Shown here: piece after piece, positions 28,486-38,988 of the stretch
Layout of the letters: every line of letters begins with the position of its first letter
Position numbering within the stretch: position 1 is the first letter of the stretch
Assembly (NCBI GenBank): GCA_028715785.1
Contig: JAQURC010000004.1
Location: 92,662 to 156,661, forward strand
Length of the DNA: 64,000 nt
Direction of reading: 5' to 3'
DNA from: Candidatus Omnitrophota bacterium
GTDB lineage: Bacteria; Omnitrophota; Gorgyraeia; Gygaellales; Profunditerraquicolaceae
Translations under genes and position numbers: made by a program
The notes under the pieces: model-generated
The model's database searches: none
Told to the model about the DNA's origin: nothing
Seen by the model: only the letters and a program-made list of their open reading frames with translations

Positions 28486-30783
28486 ATGGGTATTGTCCAT
28501 AAACTCAAGCCTGAAGTCTTGAATTTTATTCTCGAAAATAAACAGAGAGATTCTAGCTTAAGCTGCCGTAGTTTAACGCAGCTAATTCTTGAGAAACTCC
28601 AAATCAAGGTTTCAAAATCAAGTATCAATAGTGTTTTTAAAGAACATAATTTAAGCATGCCTGTTGGCAGGAGGCAGAAGCACAAGAAGAGGAAATTCAA
28701 CATGCCTATTTTACCGGTTATTGAGGGGACTAAAGCTATTACGCTGGTTACCGAGCCGCAAAAAACAGAACCGGCGATAACCGGAAAAACAGGTAAAGAG
28801 GGGATTATTAAGGGAGAGAAAAAAGAAGAAATCAGCTCAGAAGAAAAGCGTATTAAGGAAGCAGAAGAGTGGGCTGTGAAATTGCAGGATGAGGAGCGGG
28901 CAAGAGTAGAGCAACGGCTGAATCTTGAAAAACAAAGGGTTGAAAATGATGCGAAGAAAAAAGCCGAAGAGGCAGAAGTAAGAGCCTTTTTGGAAGAAGA
29001 ATCCAAAGCCAAGGCTCAAGAAGAACTTAAGCAGCGTCGACTGGACAAGGCCGCCCGGGAAGCAGAAGAGAAGAAACGATTAGAAGAAGAAAATCTTAAA
29101 CGGATCGAAGAAGAAAAAGCGGCACAAGAAGCTAAGAAAGCTGAAGAAGAAAGGATTACACAAGAAGCTGAAAAAGAGCGCTTGGCAAAACTTGCAGAGC
29201 AAGAAGCAGCTAAGAAGAAAGCCGAGGAAGAGAAAGCCGCGCAGGAGGCTAAGAAAGCTGAAGAAGCAAAGGCCGCCCGGGAAGCAGAAGAGAAGAAACG
29301 ATTAGAAGAGGAAAATCTTAAACGGATTGAGGAGGAGAAAGCCGCGCTGGCAGCTAAGAAAGCCGAGGAAGAAAAAGCCGCGGAAGAAGCTGCGCTAAAA
29401 GCTGAAAAAGAAAAATGGGCAAGACTGGCGGAAGAGGAGCTTAAAATCAAGCAACAAAAGGAGAAAGCATCCCAGGAGAGAACTTGTTCAGGGGCAATAT
29501 TACTTCAGGCGTTGGATTGCCTGATCGGGGCAGGCAGAGAAATCAATGCAGCTATTTGCAAGAAATTGGGGGCTGCTCCGGAAGATCTTCTGAGCCTTAC
29601 GCAAGCAGTAATGTTCAGGTCTTTATTCGGCAAAGACAACTTTTCCGGGCTTTGTAATTTAGCCGGCCAGCAGTATTCTCAAGAGAAGCTGGAGGATTAT
29701 TATGGACAGATCAAGGGGATCGAAAATATAAAAGCAGAGGTCAACAGGATTATCTCCGCCGCTTTTACCGAGGCCAGAGGGGTAAAGATGCATTTTATCG
29801 ACGGGAGCATTATTCATCTGGACGGGCAACTGCATTCTACCTGGTCTACCCAGTACATCCCTTATGATTTTTCAAGCCCTGCCTATGAATTGAAAAACAA
29901 TTTAAATAAATATTTTTTTGAAGGGCAGCCTTTGGTTTTATTTTCCGCTCCCGGGTATGATATTGCGCCAAAAGATTTTTTCAGCCTGCTTTTAAATATC
30001 GGTTCAACGGATAAATACGCGGATAATTTAATTTTATTCGGAAATAAATTGGAAGAGATAGAAAAGATATCCTTAAATAATAAAAATAAATATTCCCTGG
30101 TTTTTGGCCTTTGGCCCTGGCAGTTCACCGGCAGCCGCAAGGTCAGGAGGATCGGCGATTTTGATTTAAGGCACATTGACTGCGTAGACAAAGACTTGTA
30201 TCTGGCGGAGATTGAGATTGATTTATTGCGGCCGCCTTTGAATGAGAGCATAAACTTAAAGGGCTGCGCTATAAAAACTACCCTTGCAGAAAAAATCCGT
30301 TTGGTTGTCTTTAGCAATCCTGAGAAACCGATGAGCCTGGATGAGCTGGCAGGTGCATATTTAAACCGTTGGCCTAATTTTGAGGAGGCATACCAGGACT
30401 TCAGCCGTAAAATCGAACTTTTTTCTTATACCGGCAACGAACAAAAATTTCTTTCCAAGGATAGGTTTGAGATTGGCGCGCAAGGATCGAACCTGGAATT
30501 GGGAGATATCTTTGCCAATTATATTAGGATGCTGGATCTTTATTTACGCTGGCATTTTTTACCGGCAGAATATACCGAAAGAGACCTTTCTTTTACCGGT
30601 AGAAATTTCTATAATGTCCCGGTACGTATTGCTTCTGCCCCCGGTAAAATTAAGGCAAGAATACAGGTTGGGCAGGGGTATGAATTCCTGAAAGATTTGA
30701 AATATCTTGTCTGCCGGTTTAATGAGCGGCAGATAGACTTGCTAAACGGCTCGCGCCTTTATTTTGAGGGCGATTTCAAATAG
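28486..30783 (+). CDS. Large hypothetical protein: N-terminal HTH-like region, about 270-aa E/K/A-rich coiled coil, about 430-aa C-terminal domain of unknown function
   Basis: 765 aa. N-terminus (KLKPEVLNFILENKQRDSSLSCRSLTQLILEKLQIKVSKSSINSVFKEH) resembles a winged HTH. The central part is (KAEEEKAAQEAKK)n. Confidence 0.55.
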   Translation: MGIVHKLKPEVLNFILENKQRDSSLSCRSLTQLILEKLQIKVSKSSINSVFKEHNLSMPVGRRQKHKKRKFNMPILPVIEGTKAITLVTEPQKTEPAITGKTGKEGIIKGEKKEEISSEEKRIKEAEEWAVKLQDEERARVEQRLNLEKQRVENDAKKKAEEAEVRAFLEEESKAKAQEELKQRRLDKAAREAEEKKRLEEENLKRIEEEKAAQEAKKAEEERITQEAEKERLAKLAEQEAAKKKAEEEKAAQEAKKAEEAKAAREAEEKKRLEEENLKRIEEEKAALAAKKAEEEKAAEEAALKAEKEKWARLAEEELKIKQQKEKASQERTCSGAILLQALDCLIGAGREINAAICKKLGAAPEDLLSLTQAVMFRSLFGKDNFSGLCNLAGQQYSQEKLEDYYGQIKGIENIKAEVNRIISAAFTEARGVKMHFIDGSIIHLDGQLHSTWSTQYIPYDFSSPAYELKNNLNKYFFEGQPLVLFSAPGYDIAPKDFFSLLLNIGSTDKYADNLILFGNKLEEIEKISLNNKNKYSLVFGLWPWQFTGSRKVRRIGDFDLRHIDCVDKDLYLAEIEIDLLRPPLNESINLKGCAIKTTLAEKIRLVVFSNPEKPMSLDELAGAYLNRWPNFEEAYQDFSRKIELFSYTGNEQKFLSKDRFEIGAQGSNLELGDIFANYIRMLDLYLRWHFLPAEYTERDLSFTGRNFYNVPVRIASAPGKIKARIQVGQGYEFLKDLKYLVCRFNERQIDLLNGSRLYFEGDFK
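29040..29345 (+). repeat. In-frame tandem duplication (about 222 bp period, about 74 aa) within the coiled-coil region
   Basis: aaggccgcccgggaagcagaagagaagaaacgattagaaga(a/g)gaaaatcttaaacggat(c/t)ga(a/g)ga(a/g)ga(a/g)aaagc occurs at about 29047 and about 29270. Confidence 0.7.
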
Positions 30784-30818
30784 CCGTAATTAATTTTCGA
30801 TTGTTATTAAAATATTTA

Positions 30819-30847
30819 TTGACTTGGCCCGCTTTATTTGATAATAT
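30819..30847 (+). promoter_or_regulatory. Sigma70-like promoter for the Tad locus (upstream of the PPIase gene)
   Basis: TTGACT, 17 nt, TAATAT. AAAGGAG SD before ATG 30890. Confidence 0.5.
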
Positions 30848-30889
30848 CTAGCAAACCACGCGTCATCGTGAGCGTGAAAGGAGCTATAG

Positions 30890-31795
30890 ATGAGGCGCAA
30901 AAACCCGTCGGTTACTCTTGTCTGCGTATTGTCGGTTTTATTTTTATTCTTATCCGGTTGCGAGCAGGTTAAAAAGTTAAAAGTTCCTTCCAAAGCTAAA
31001 TCCTGGCAGACGCAGGGAACGGTGGTTGCCTATGTCAGCGACCTGCCCATTACCTTAGAGCAGTTAGAGCAGGAAATCCGCAGTTATAATGAATCCACGG
31101 ACAACCCCGAAGCTAAAATCAATACGCGCGAGCAGAAAATCGCCTATTTAAACGAAGAGCTAATCAGGCGCTACCTTTTGTATTTAGGGGCAAAAGCCAG
31201 GGGGCTGGATGAGCAGCCGAAAACCCGGGAACTCTTGAGGAACCTGGAAATTAATGTCTTAGCCAGCCAGATTCTCCACGACGAAATAGACAATATAACG
31301 GTTACCTCCTCGGAAATCGAGGAGTTTTACAATACCTTTAAAGACCAGTACCGCCAGGAAGAAGAAAGAAGAATCCGGGAAATTGTTTTGGATGGCGAAA
31401 CAGAAGCAAAAGATACTCTTATAGAACTGCTCAAAGGCGCGGATTTTGCCGCCTTGGCGGCACAGCGCTCAAAAGCGCAAAGCGCATCAGGCGGAGGGGA
31501 TTTAGGGTTCATCAAGAAGGGTAAGCGCGGAGGGGATTATGCGCGCTTTGATGAAATAGCTTTTTCCCGTTCGCTGGAAGCAGGCCAGCTAAGCACCGTC
31601 TTTAAGGAAAAGAACGGTTACTACATAATAAAGATAGAAGCGATCAAAGGCGGCCAGGTAAGGGCTTTATCGGAGGTATGGGACGAGATTAAAAAGAACG
31701 TCCTGTTCCTTAAACAGCAGCAAAAATTAAAAGAAATAACCGCCGGCTTGTTAAAGAAAACAAAAGTAGTCATACATCAGGACCTGATAAAATAA
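30890..31795 (+). CDS. Parvulin-type peptidyl-prolyl isomerase (PrsA/SurA-like) lipoprotein
   Basis: 301 aa. Lipobox (LFLFLSGC). PpiC domain (GGGDLGFIKKGK…LEAGQLSTVFKEKNGYYIIK). Confidence 0.7.
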   Translation: MRRKNPSVTLVCVLSVLFLFLSGCEQVKKLKVPSKAKSWQTQGTVVAYVSDLPITLEQLEQEIRSYNESTDNPEAKINTREQKIAYLNEELIRRYLLYLGAKARGLDEQPKTRELLRNLEINVLASQILHDEIDNITVTSSEIEEFYNTFKDQYRQEEERRIREIVLDGETEAKDTLIELLKGADFAALAAQRSKAQSASGGGDLGFIKKGKRGGDYARFDEIAFSRSLEAGQLSTVFKEKNGYYIIKIEAIKGGQVRALSEVWDEIKKNVLFLKQQQKLKEITAGLLKKTKVVIHQDLIK

Positions 31796-32703
31796 TGAAG
31801 ATAGAATTGAGAAGAAAATTTCCCCTGATTATCGCGGTTGTCTGCGGGATTGCGGCGATAATATTATTAAATCTTTATCTTAGAAAAAGAGAAGTTGAAA
31901 TTTGGGATAAAATGAGGCAGCAGGAGCAAAGGGCTTTGGCTGCCAAACCGAAAGTAACAATGGGGGTTGTGCTGGTGGCAAAAAGAGAAATTCCGGTGCA
32001 GACGCCGATTACTGCCGAAGACCTTACGTTTAAACAGGTGCCGGTGGAATATATCCAACCCGGCGCAGTTACTTCTCTTGAACAGGTTATCGGCCAAATT
32101 GCTTCAGGCCCGATCGGCGCCGAAGAACAGATACTTAGCACAAAGCTCCTTCCTCCCGGCAACGTCGGCAAAACCCTTTCGGAAATTACCCCTGAAGGCA
32201 AAAGGGCAGTAACTGTTTCAGTGGACAACCTTTCCAGCATCGCCGGTTTGCTAAAGCCCGGCGATTACGTGGATATATTTGCCCTTATTGCTTTGCCTAA
32301 GAAGGCTACGCCGCAGGCAAAGGAAGAACCGGGTCCGCGCTTAATTTCCCTTTTTCAAGGCATTCAAGTATTAGCCATGGGGAATGAGCTGGTCATCTCA
32401 AAAAATAAAACAAAAGAAAGCAGCACTGCTGCCGCCGCGCAAACCGTTACTTTTGCGCTTACGCCCCAGGAAGCGGCATTGCTTTCTTTTGTCCAGGAAC
32501 ACGGCAAGATCAAATTAGCCCTGCGTTCCTCGCAGGACACCAAGGTTGAGGCGGTTGCCCCGGCTGACTGGGACGCCCTGTTGAATTATTTATCTACCAG
32601 CCAGGGCGAGAAAGCCGGTTTGGAAGGCCAGCCGGTAGTCGAGATATACCGCGGATTACAAAAGGAAGTCATTCCTTTATCCGCCTCAAGTAAAGAAAAA
32701 TGA
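31795..32703 (+). CDS. cpaB: Flp pilus assembly protein CpaB/RcpC
   Basis: 302 aa. N-terminal TM plus SAF-like domain. Position upstream of the secretin is typical of cpaB. Confidence 0.75.
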   Translation: MKIELRRKFPLIIAVVCGIAAIILLNLYLRKREVEIWDKMRQQEQRALAAKPKVTMGVVLVAKREIPVQTPITAEDLTFKQVPVEYIQPGAVTSLEQVIGQIASGPIGAEEQILSTKLLPPGNVGKTLSEITPEGKRAVTVSVDNLSSIAGLLKPGDYVDIFALIALPKKATPQAKEEPGPRLISLFQGIQVLAMGNELVISKNKTKESSTAAAAQTVTFALTPQEAALLSFVQEHGKIKLALRSSQDTKVEAVAPADWDALLNYLSTSQGEKAGLEGQPVVEIYRGLQKEVIPLSASSKEK

Positions 32704-34352
32704 AAAATATTTTCAAATACGCATTTTTACTGTTTTTTATTTTGTTTGCCGGCCGGGCCTATTCCAGCGAACCGGAGCTTATAACTTTATATGTCTCCGA
32801 AGTCAAGATTTTTTCCGTAAATGCGCCCACCCGCGTGGTGATCAATAATCCCAATATCATCGATGTCACTTCAATAAGCAAAGAAGATATGGTGGTAGCG
32901 GCCAAGAATCCGGGCACAACCAATTTGCTCTGGTGGGATGCAGCCGGGCAGCACTCATTGCGGATAGAGGTTTTTCTGGAAGATATGAATTTGGTTAAAA
33001 AGAGGATAGACGCCCTGTTAAAAGAATTAAACCTTCCCGATGTCCTTACGCGGCCCTCGGATAACGAGGGTAAGGTTTTGCTTTTAGGAAGCGTAAAGAC
33101 GCCGGCGGACTTAGAGCGCCTGGATGTCGCGTTAAGTTCGCTGAAAGGAAAAACCGCCAATCTTATCCAGCTAAAAGAAGAAAGGGCGGTAGTAGAGATT
33201 AAAGTGCAGGTTCTGGAATTAAATAAAGATGCTACCTCGACTTTAGGCCTCAGTTTTCCGGGCTCGATTGATATTACCGAAATAGGCTCACCGGGGTTAG
33301 CTGCTGCAGGCACAAAGTGGGGAAAACTATTTAAAGTATCGAACGTAAACCGCGATGCGTTCACTTTAACATTGGATGCCCTGGTCCAGGAAGGTAAGGC
33401 GCGCATACTTTCCCAGCCCCAGCTTGCTTGCCAGAGCGGCAAGGAAGCTGAGTTATTAGTAGGCGGAGAAAAGCCCATATTCAATACTACCATAGCTGCT
33501 ACTACCGGAGCCAGCGGTACAAATATAGAGTATAAAGAATACGGCATTAAGTTAAAGATAAAACCCACGGTAACCGAAGATAAACAGATTAAGCTGGCAT
33601 TGAATGTGGAAGTCAGTGACGTGGGCACAGCGGACACCATCGGTACCACTACCACAGGCACGACTACGGCCAAGGCATACCCCTTAACCAGGCGCAACGC
33701 ATCCACCCAGCTTTTTCTTAATGACGGCCAGATGATGGGTATAGGCGGGTTGACAAAACAAAAGTCCGAGGAGGATATCCGCAAAACCCCTTTCCTGGGG
33801 GATGTGCCGGTGTTAGGCGTATTGTTTAGAAAAAAAACAACCAAAGTAGGCGGCGGTGAAGGGGAGAGAGGCGATACAGAACTGTTAATTACGCTTACCC
33901 CCACGATTATAAAAGAACCCGCGCTTGCCGAAGCGGCATCCAAGACACAACCGCTCCCTTCAACCACCGGCATGCCTATAGTCAGAGAAGGCGCTAAAAT
34001 TGCAGCGCCTCCGCCCCCCGCTAAAACCAAAGTAATTTCTTCTGCTAAAGAAGTAGCCAGCCAGGCGATGTCCGAATACATGCGCGAAATTACCAAACGC
34101 ATACAGGATAATTTCGTTTATCCTTGGGCAGCTAAACAAGACCAAATGCAGGGTTCGGTAATATTGGGGTTGCGTCTTGATTCTACGGGCGCGCTCTTAG
34201 AGGCCCAGGTCAAACACTCGTCGGGATACAGCATATTTGACGAGAACGCAGTAAATATAGTTAAAAAGCTGTCTCCTTATCCCCCGTTTCCTGCGCAGCT
34301 CAATAAAAAGGAACTCTGGATAGATATCCCGATTGTCTATAAACTGGAATAA
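32700..34352 (+). CDS. cpaC: Tad secretin CpaC/RcpA with C-terminal TonB_C-like domain
   Basis: 550 aa. Secretin core (GQMMGIGGLT…TPFLGDVPVLGVLFRKK…TELLITLTPTII). C-terminal about 90 aa (FVYPWAAKQDQMQGSVILGLRLDSTGALLEAQVKHSSGYSIFDENAVNIVKKLSPYPPFP) matches the TonB C-terminal pattern. Confidence 0.8.
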   Translation: MKNIFKYAFLLFFILFAGRAYSSEPELITLYVSEVKIFSVNAPTRVVINNPNIIDVTSISKEDMVVAAKNPGTTNLLWWDAAGQHSLRIEVFLEDMNLVKKRIDALLKELNLPDVLTRPSDNEGKVLLLGSVKTPADLERLDVALSSLKGKTANLIQLKEERAVVEIKVQVLELNKDATSTLGLSFPGSIDITEIGSPGLAAAGTKWGKLFKVSNVNRDAFTLTLDALVQEGKARILSQPQLACQSGKEAELLVGGEKPIFNTTIAATTGASGTNIEYKEYGIKLKIKPTVTEDKQIKLALNVEVSDVGTADTIGTTTTGTTTAKAYPLTRRNASTQLFLNDGQMMGIGGLTKQKSEEDIRKTPFLGDVPVLGVLFRKKTTKVGGGEGERGDTELLITLTPTIIKEPALAEAASKTQPLPSTTGMPIVREGAKIAAPPPPAKTKVISSAKEVASQAMSEYMREITKRIQDNFVYPWAAKQDQMQGSVILGLRLDSTGALLEAQVKHSSGYSIFDENAVNIVKKLSPYPPFPAQLNKKELWIDIPIVYKLE

Positions 34353-34354
34353 TA

Positions 34355-36532
34355 ATGGCACAGGTTATTTCTATCTTCAGCACCAAAGGCGGCGTAGGCA
34401 GGACTTTTATTGTCACCAACCTTGCCATTGCCTTGGCGCAGAAATTAACCAAAGGCAAAAAAGTCTTGCTTTTTGATACGGATTTGCAGCTGCCGGGCAA
34501 TATGGCGATGCTTTTGAATTTAAAGCCGAAAAAGCCCCTGATCGATCTTATCCCCGATTGGCGCAAAGGCAATTATACACCTTCCCAGATTGGCGAATAT
34601 ATCCTCCATTATCCGGCTACAAACATGGATCTGCTTCCATTAATATTAACTGCCGAAGAAAGGCCGTATGTAGATGAAAAATTTATCTCTTGCGTCCTGA
34701 GCGACTTAAGCAAAGAATATGAATTTATCGTCTGCGACAGCGGCAGGACATTTAATAAGGCGCTGGTATCTATCCTTGAGCAGACAAATTTGATTTTACT
34801 GGCGATTAACCCGGATATCCTTTCGGTTTATCAGGCAAAAGAAGATGTAAAGACGCTGCAGTCGCTGTATTTTCCCGTAAAGATGATGCGGGCGGTTCTA
34901 AACCGCGCGGAAAGCACGGGCGCGGTATCCTGGCAGGAGGTAAGGGCGGCTTTGCCCTGCGACATAATCAGCCGTATCCCGTCGGAAGGCAGGGCTGTGG
35001 GTTCGGCCTTAAACCGCGGGATACCTGTTGTGCTGGATAGCCCGCGATCGCGGGTAAGCATTGTGCTGGATAAATTAGCCGAGGATTTACTCGCTCACCC
35101 TGATTTTTTTATCTCCCATAAAAAATTGGAAGCAGCTGTTCCGGCAGGGGAAAAAGAGAAAATTTTTTTAGAAGAGGATATCTCCTCTCTGGAATCGCTT
35201 TCCTTAGGCGGCCGTAAGCCCGCAGAGAGAAGACTTACCCGCGAAGAAAAAATAGATGAGTTAAAACAGCGGGTGCATAAGCACGTTATTCAGGAGCTGG
35301 ATTTACGGCGGCTGGACCGCGTAGCCGGGGACCTGACAAAAATCGGGGAATTGCGCCAGAAGACAATGAAAGCGATTAATACTGCGCTAACCGATGAAGC
35401 AGGGGCGCTTATTTCCTCGCGCGAGCAGCGGGAGAGCCTTATAAAGGAGATCAGCGATGAGATTTTGGGCCTGGGCCCTTTAGAAGACTTGATCAATGAT
35501 CCCGGAATTACCGATATTTTAGTTAACAATAAGAGCCAGATCTACATCGAAAAGCACGGCAGGTTAGAGTTAGTTTCCAAGCGTTTCGTATCCAATGACC
35601 AGGTGCGCCAGATAATCGAGCGTATTATTGCCCCCTTAGGCAGGAGAGTGGATGAGTCGGTGCCGATGGTTGACGGCCGGCTTTCCGACGGCTCGCGCGT
35701 TAACGCGATTATTCCTCCGCTTTCCCTTACCGGGCCTACGCTTACGATTAGAAAATTCAGCCAGGAGCGGCTGAAGGTTAATGATTTGGAGCGGTTGAAT
35801 GCCTTAAATAATACAATGGCGGAATTTCTTAAGGCCTGTGTTGTCTGCCGCAAGAATATAATTATTTCAGGAGGCACCGGTTCGGGAAAAACCACGGTTT
35901 TAAATGTGCTCTCGGAGTTTGTTCCCGACGGAGAGCGGGTTATTACTATTGAAGATGCCGCGGAATTAAAACTTCACCATCAGCACTGGGTGCGCCTGGA
36001 GTCGCGGCCGCCGAATATCGAGGGAAAAGGGGCGATTTTCGTGCATGATTTGTTCAGGAATTCCCTGCGTATGCGGCCCGACCGGATTATCATCGGGGAA
36101 TGCCGTGGCCAGGAGGCTCTGGATATGCTTCAGGCGATGAACACCGGCCACGACGGCTCAATGACCACTATTCATGCCAACTCCACCCAGGATGTCTTGG
36201 CGCGCCTTGATTCCCTGATCCTGATGAGCGGTATCGAGATTCCCCTGCGGGCAATCCGCGAAATGATCGCCTCAAGCATTGATATGATCGTCCATACCGC
36301 CCGTTTTTCCGACGGTTCAAGGAAGATTACCCAGATAACGGAAGTTACCGGCATGGCCGATGAGATGCATATCGGATTAAATGATATCTTTATTTTTAAA
36401 CAGTCCGGCATTGACAGCCAGGGAAAAATTCAGGGAGAATTTAAAGCCACGGGAATATTGCCGACCTTTTTAGACGATATACGCAAAACCGGCAGTAATT
36501 TTTCAGAAGAAATATTCAAAAAGAAAGAGTAA
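34355..36532 (+). CDS. Fused TadZ/CpaE-like ParA/MinD ATPase + TadA/CpaF secretion ATPase
   Basis: 725 aa. N-terminal deviant Walker A (IFSTKGGVGRT). C-terminal domain has Walker A GGTGSGKTT, Asp box and His box (TIHANS) of the T2SS/T4SS ATPase family. Confidence 0.85.
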   Translation: MAQVISIFSTKGGVGRTFIVTNLAIALAQKLTKGKKVLLFDTDLQLPGNMAMLLNLKPKKPLIDLIPDWRKGNYTPSQIGEYILHYPATNMDLLPLILTAEERPYVDEKFISCVLSDLSKEYEFIVCDSGRTFNKALVSILEQTNLILLAINPDILSVYQAKEDVKTLQSLYFPVKMMRAVLNRAESTGAVSWQEVRAALPCDIISRIPSEGRAVGSALNRGIPVVLDSPRSRVSIVLDKLAEDLLAHPDFFISHKKLEAAVPAGEKEKIFLEEDISSLESLSLGGRKPAERRLTREEKIDELKQRVHKHVIQELDLRRLDRVAGDLTKIGELRQKTMKAINTALTDEAGALISSREQRESLIKEISDEILGLGPLEDLINDPGITDILVNNKSQIYIEKHGRLELVSKRFVSNDQVRQIIERIIAPLGRRVDESVPMVDGRLSDGSRVNAIIPPLSLTGPTLTIRKFSQERLKVNDLERLNALNNTMAEFLKACVVCRKNIIISGGTGSGKTTVLNVLSEFVPDGERVITIEDAAELKLHHQHWVRLESRPPNIEGKGAIFVHDLFRNSLRMRPDRIIIGECRGQEALDMLQAMNTGHDGSMTTIHANSTQDVLARLDSLILMSGIEIPLRAIREMIASSIDMIVHTARFSDGSRKITQITEVTGMADEMHIGLNDIFIFKQSGIDSQGKIQGEFKATGILPTFLDDIRKTGSNFSEEIFKKKE

Positions 36533-38808
36533 TGAACTTCTTCCGCAAAAACCTACCGACAAACCGCCGCAGCCAGATCGCCGTAATTATCACTTTTGTC
36601 ATCGCGGTAATTTTTTTATTCATGGCGGTATTTATAAATTTAAGCAAGGTAAGCCAGGTTAAGACCACCACCAGCACTGCCGCGGATAAGGCCGCTTTAA
36701 GTCTGGCCTCGCAGTTGGGCAGTATGAGCCATTATTATAAGGATAAGGTGTTAGGGGGGCAAACAGAGAAGACCGGGTATGGCTGGTTAGCGTTGATGTT
36801 GGTTTTAGTCGGTTCCATTGTAGGAGGAATTTTAATAAGTCCGGTAGTTCTTCTTACCGGATTGGGCTTGTTAGTTTCGATGTCAATGTCTACGTCTATG
36901 CTTGAAGGGATAAGCGATAGATTCAATAAAGAGATGACTACCTATACTGCCTTAAGGGAGAGCGCTCTGTTTGGGGCATTGCTTTCTACGCAGAGCGATG
37001 ATGTTGAGTTAAAAAGGGTAGGGGCGGGTATTTTCCGCGACGAGGTAACCGGCAAAGACTATGATTTAAGCGCTATCCCTGAAATGCGCAATGCGAATAA
37101 AGTAGGCAGGTTCGCTGCCTGGTATTATGCCTTGCGGCAGCCGCTGGTGAGCGATGATGATTTAAAAGAGGCCTTGGATAAATTTAAAAACGGGCTCAAG
37201 AGATTTATCGCTATTGACGAATGGGACAATACAAAGTGGAAGATTAGCAGGCTTTCTTATTTTATCGAGCCGGTTCCGGCGCAAAATTCGGCTAATTACG
37301 AAATTACCTGTACTTCCTGCCCTGCTTGGGTTAAAGATATTGCCCACAAACAAATAGCAATCATGAAAATAGACGCAACTCAACCGGACGGACCAAGCCA
37401 GATTACCGGCGGTTTTTTAAAAGATAAGTTTTTAAGCTTATTGAGCCGATTGAGCTATGCATATGGGCTAACCTTTTGCAGTAAACCTGAAACGTTTACC
37501 CAAACAGCAATCTGTGACGATGTAGTTAAGCTGATGGAAGACTTGAGGATGTTTTTATTCAGAAGTAAAGAGCTTGTGGATACGCCTATGACTGAGGCAT
37601 TAAACAGCACAACGCAATGGCTTCCTTTTTTTTACGATTCTGCGCAGCATAATCTGGATAAAAGCAGTATAGATGGGGATTTGGAGGATGACGCTTATGA
37701 GCGTTTGACTCGCGACCAGAATACTATCAATTCTTGGATTACAGAGTTGGAAAAATTAAATAATACCACAATTAAGCCCGAAATAATAAATAACCATGGA
37801 GGTTATTGCGAACAAGGAAGGCCGGATAGCGATGTGGTTAGTAATTGTTTTACTGCTTTAGAATCTTGCTATTGTTGGCATACTGAATGCGGTGAATATA
37901 GTTGTTGGAAGGTATGCGATGGAAGTAAATGCAAGACATCGCTTCCTGCCCGATGGCATGGCAATTATGGAACTTGCACAGGCAGCGGATTCAACCATAC
38001 CACGCATCCGGTCTGTCAAAAAGGGGATTTATACCAAGCGCAGCCTGATTATCTTGGTTCTAATTGGTGCAATAAGTTGAGGTCTGTCCCTTGTGTGTCT
38101 CATAATGATAGCTGCGATCAATGCAGTCCGCCTCCCACCAGTACTGTAATGGATAATTCCTACAATTTTCAAGGCCAGATGTCCTGGGAGAATACCTCCG
38201 GCCCGACCGAAGTCGAGCAAGCGCTCAAAATTCTGCGGGCCTTGAATTATGATATCGGTAGTATAAAAAAGAGTATCGAGGAGTATGTAGATGCGCAAAT
38301 AAAACATCTTACTCCGACGTGTTTACCGGGATTGCCATGCGCCCTTAAAATAAGAAACGAAATCGTTTATGCCTGGAAGGATAAGCCTAAGTCGGATGGC
38401 AGCCAGCAATTCTCTCACTTTGTGCAGGTAGCGATAGAAGGTTATCCAGAGAAGCTTCCTTATATTAGCGAAACTGTGAAGTGGTTAGGGCAGAAGAAGA
38501 CCTGGAAATTAGAAAATGCCGCAGGAGATCTTAAAATAATGGTCCGGCGTTACGATCAAGACCAGCCGACGGATGTAGGGAAAACAGATAAAGGGTGGGA
38601 GCTTAAGCGCAGGAAAACACCCGGTGCCGAAGAATTTTCTCCCAAACAATTAGAGGATATAGTAGCGGATATCCAGGCCGACGGCAAAATAGACTCAACC
38701 CAGAATTCTGTCGACTCAATTTTAGGTTACGCGATTACCAGCTGCAGCAAGGCGCATTACGGCCCGGAAAAAAGAGATATTTATATAAGTGGAACTAAAT
38801 GTGAGTAA
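36532..38808 (+). CDS. TadG-like pilus-associated protein with large Cys-rich extracellular domain
   Basis: 758 aa. N-terminus (RRSQIAVIITFVIAVIFLFMAVFINL) resembles the Tad N-terminal domain of TadE/TadG. About 24 Cys concentrated in residues 420-530. It ends in tandem TAA TAA. Confidence 0.5.
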   Translation: MNFFRKNLPTNRRSQIAVIITFVIAVIFLFMAVFINLSKVSQVKTTTSTAADKAALSLASQLGSMSHYYKDKVLGGQTEKTGYGWLALMLVLVGSIVGGILISPVVLLTGLGLLVSMSMSTSMLEGISDRFNKEMTTYTALRESALFGALLSTQSDDVELKRVGAGIFRDEVTGKDYDLSAIPEMRNANKVGRFAAWYYALRQPLVSDDDLKEALDKFKNGLKRFIAIDEWDNTKWKISRLSYFIEPVPAQNSANYEITCTSCPAWVKDIAHKQIAIMKIDATQPDGPSQITGGFLKDKFLSLLSRLSYAYGLTFCSKPETFTQTAICDDVVKLMEDLRMFLFRSKELVDTPMTEALNSTTQWLPFFYDSAQHNLDKSSIDGDLEDDAYERLTRDQNTINSWITELEKLNNTTIKPEIINNHGGYCEQGRPDSDVVSNCFTALESCYCWHTECGEYSCWKVCDGSKCKTSLPARWHGNYGTCTGSGFNHTTHPVCQKGDLYQAQPDYLGSNWCNKLRSVPCVSHNDSCDQCSPPPTSTVMDNSYNFQGQMSWENTSGPTEVEQALKILRALNYDIGSIKKSIEEYVDAQIKHLTPTCLPGLPCALKIRNEIVYAWKDKPKSDGSQQFSHFVQVAIEGYPEKLPYISETVKWLGQKKTWKLENAAGDLKIMVRRYDQDQPTDVGKTDKGWELKRRKTPGAEEFSPKQLEDIVADIQADGKIDSTQNSVDSILGYAITSCSKAHYGPEKRDIYISGTKCE

Positions 38809-38988
38809 TAAAAAGTTATTTTTCTTCAGCCTCTTATATTTTTTTTTCTATTCGGAGTCGGCTTAGCGCAAGCGGAATCCGCAATTGATATCCTCGTTTT
38901 CTCGCCTCATCCCGATGATGAAACCCTCGCCTGTGGCGGAACCATCCTTAAGGCAATCCAAGAAAATAAAAAGGTAAAAATTGTTTTT

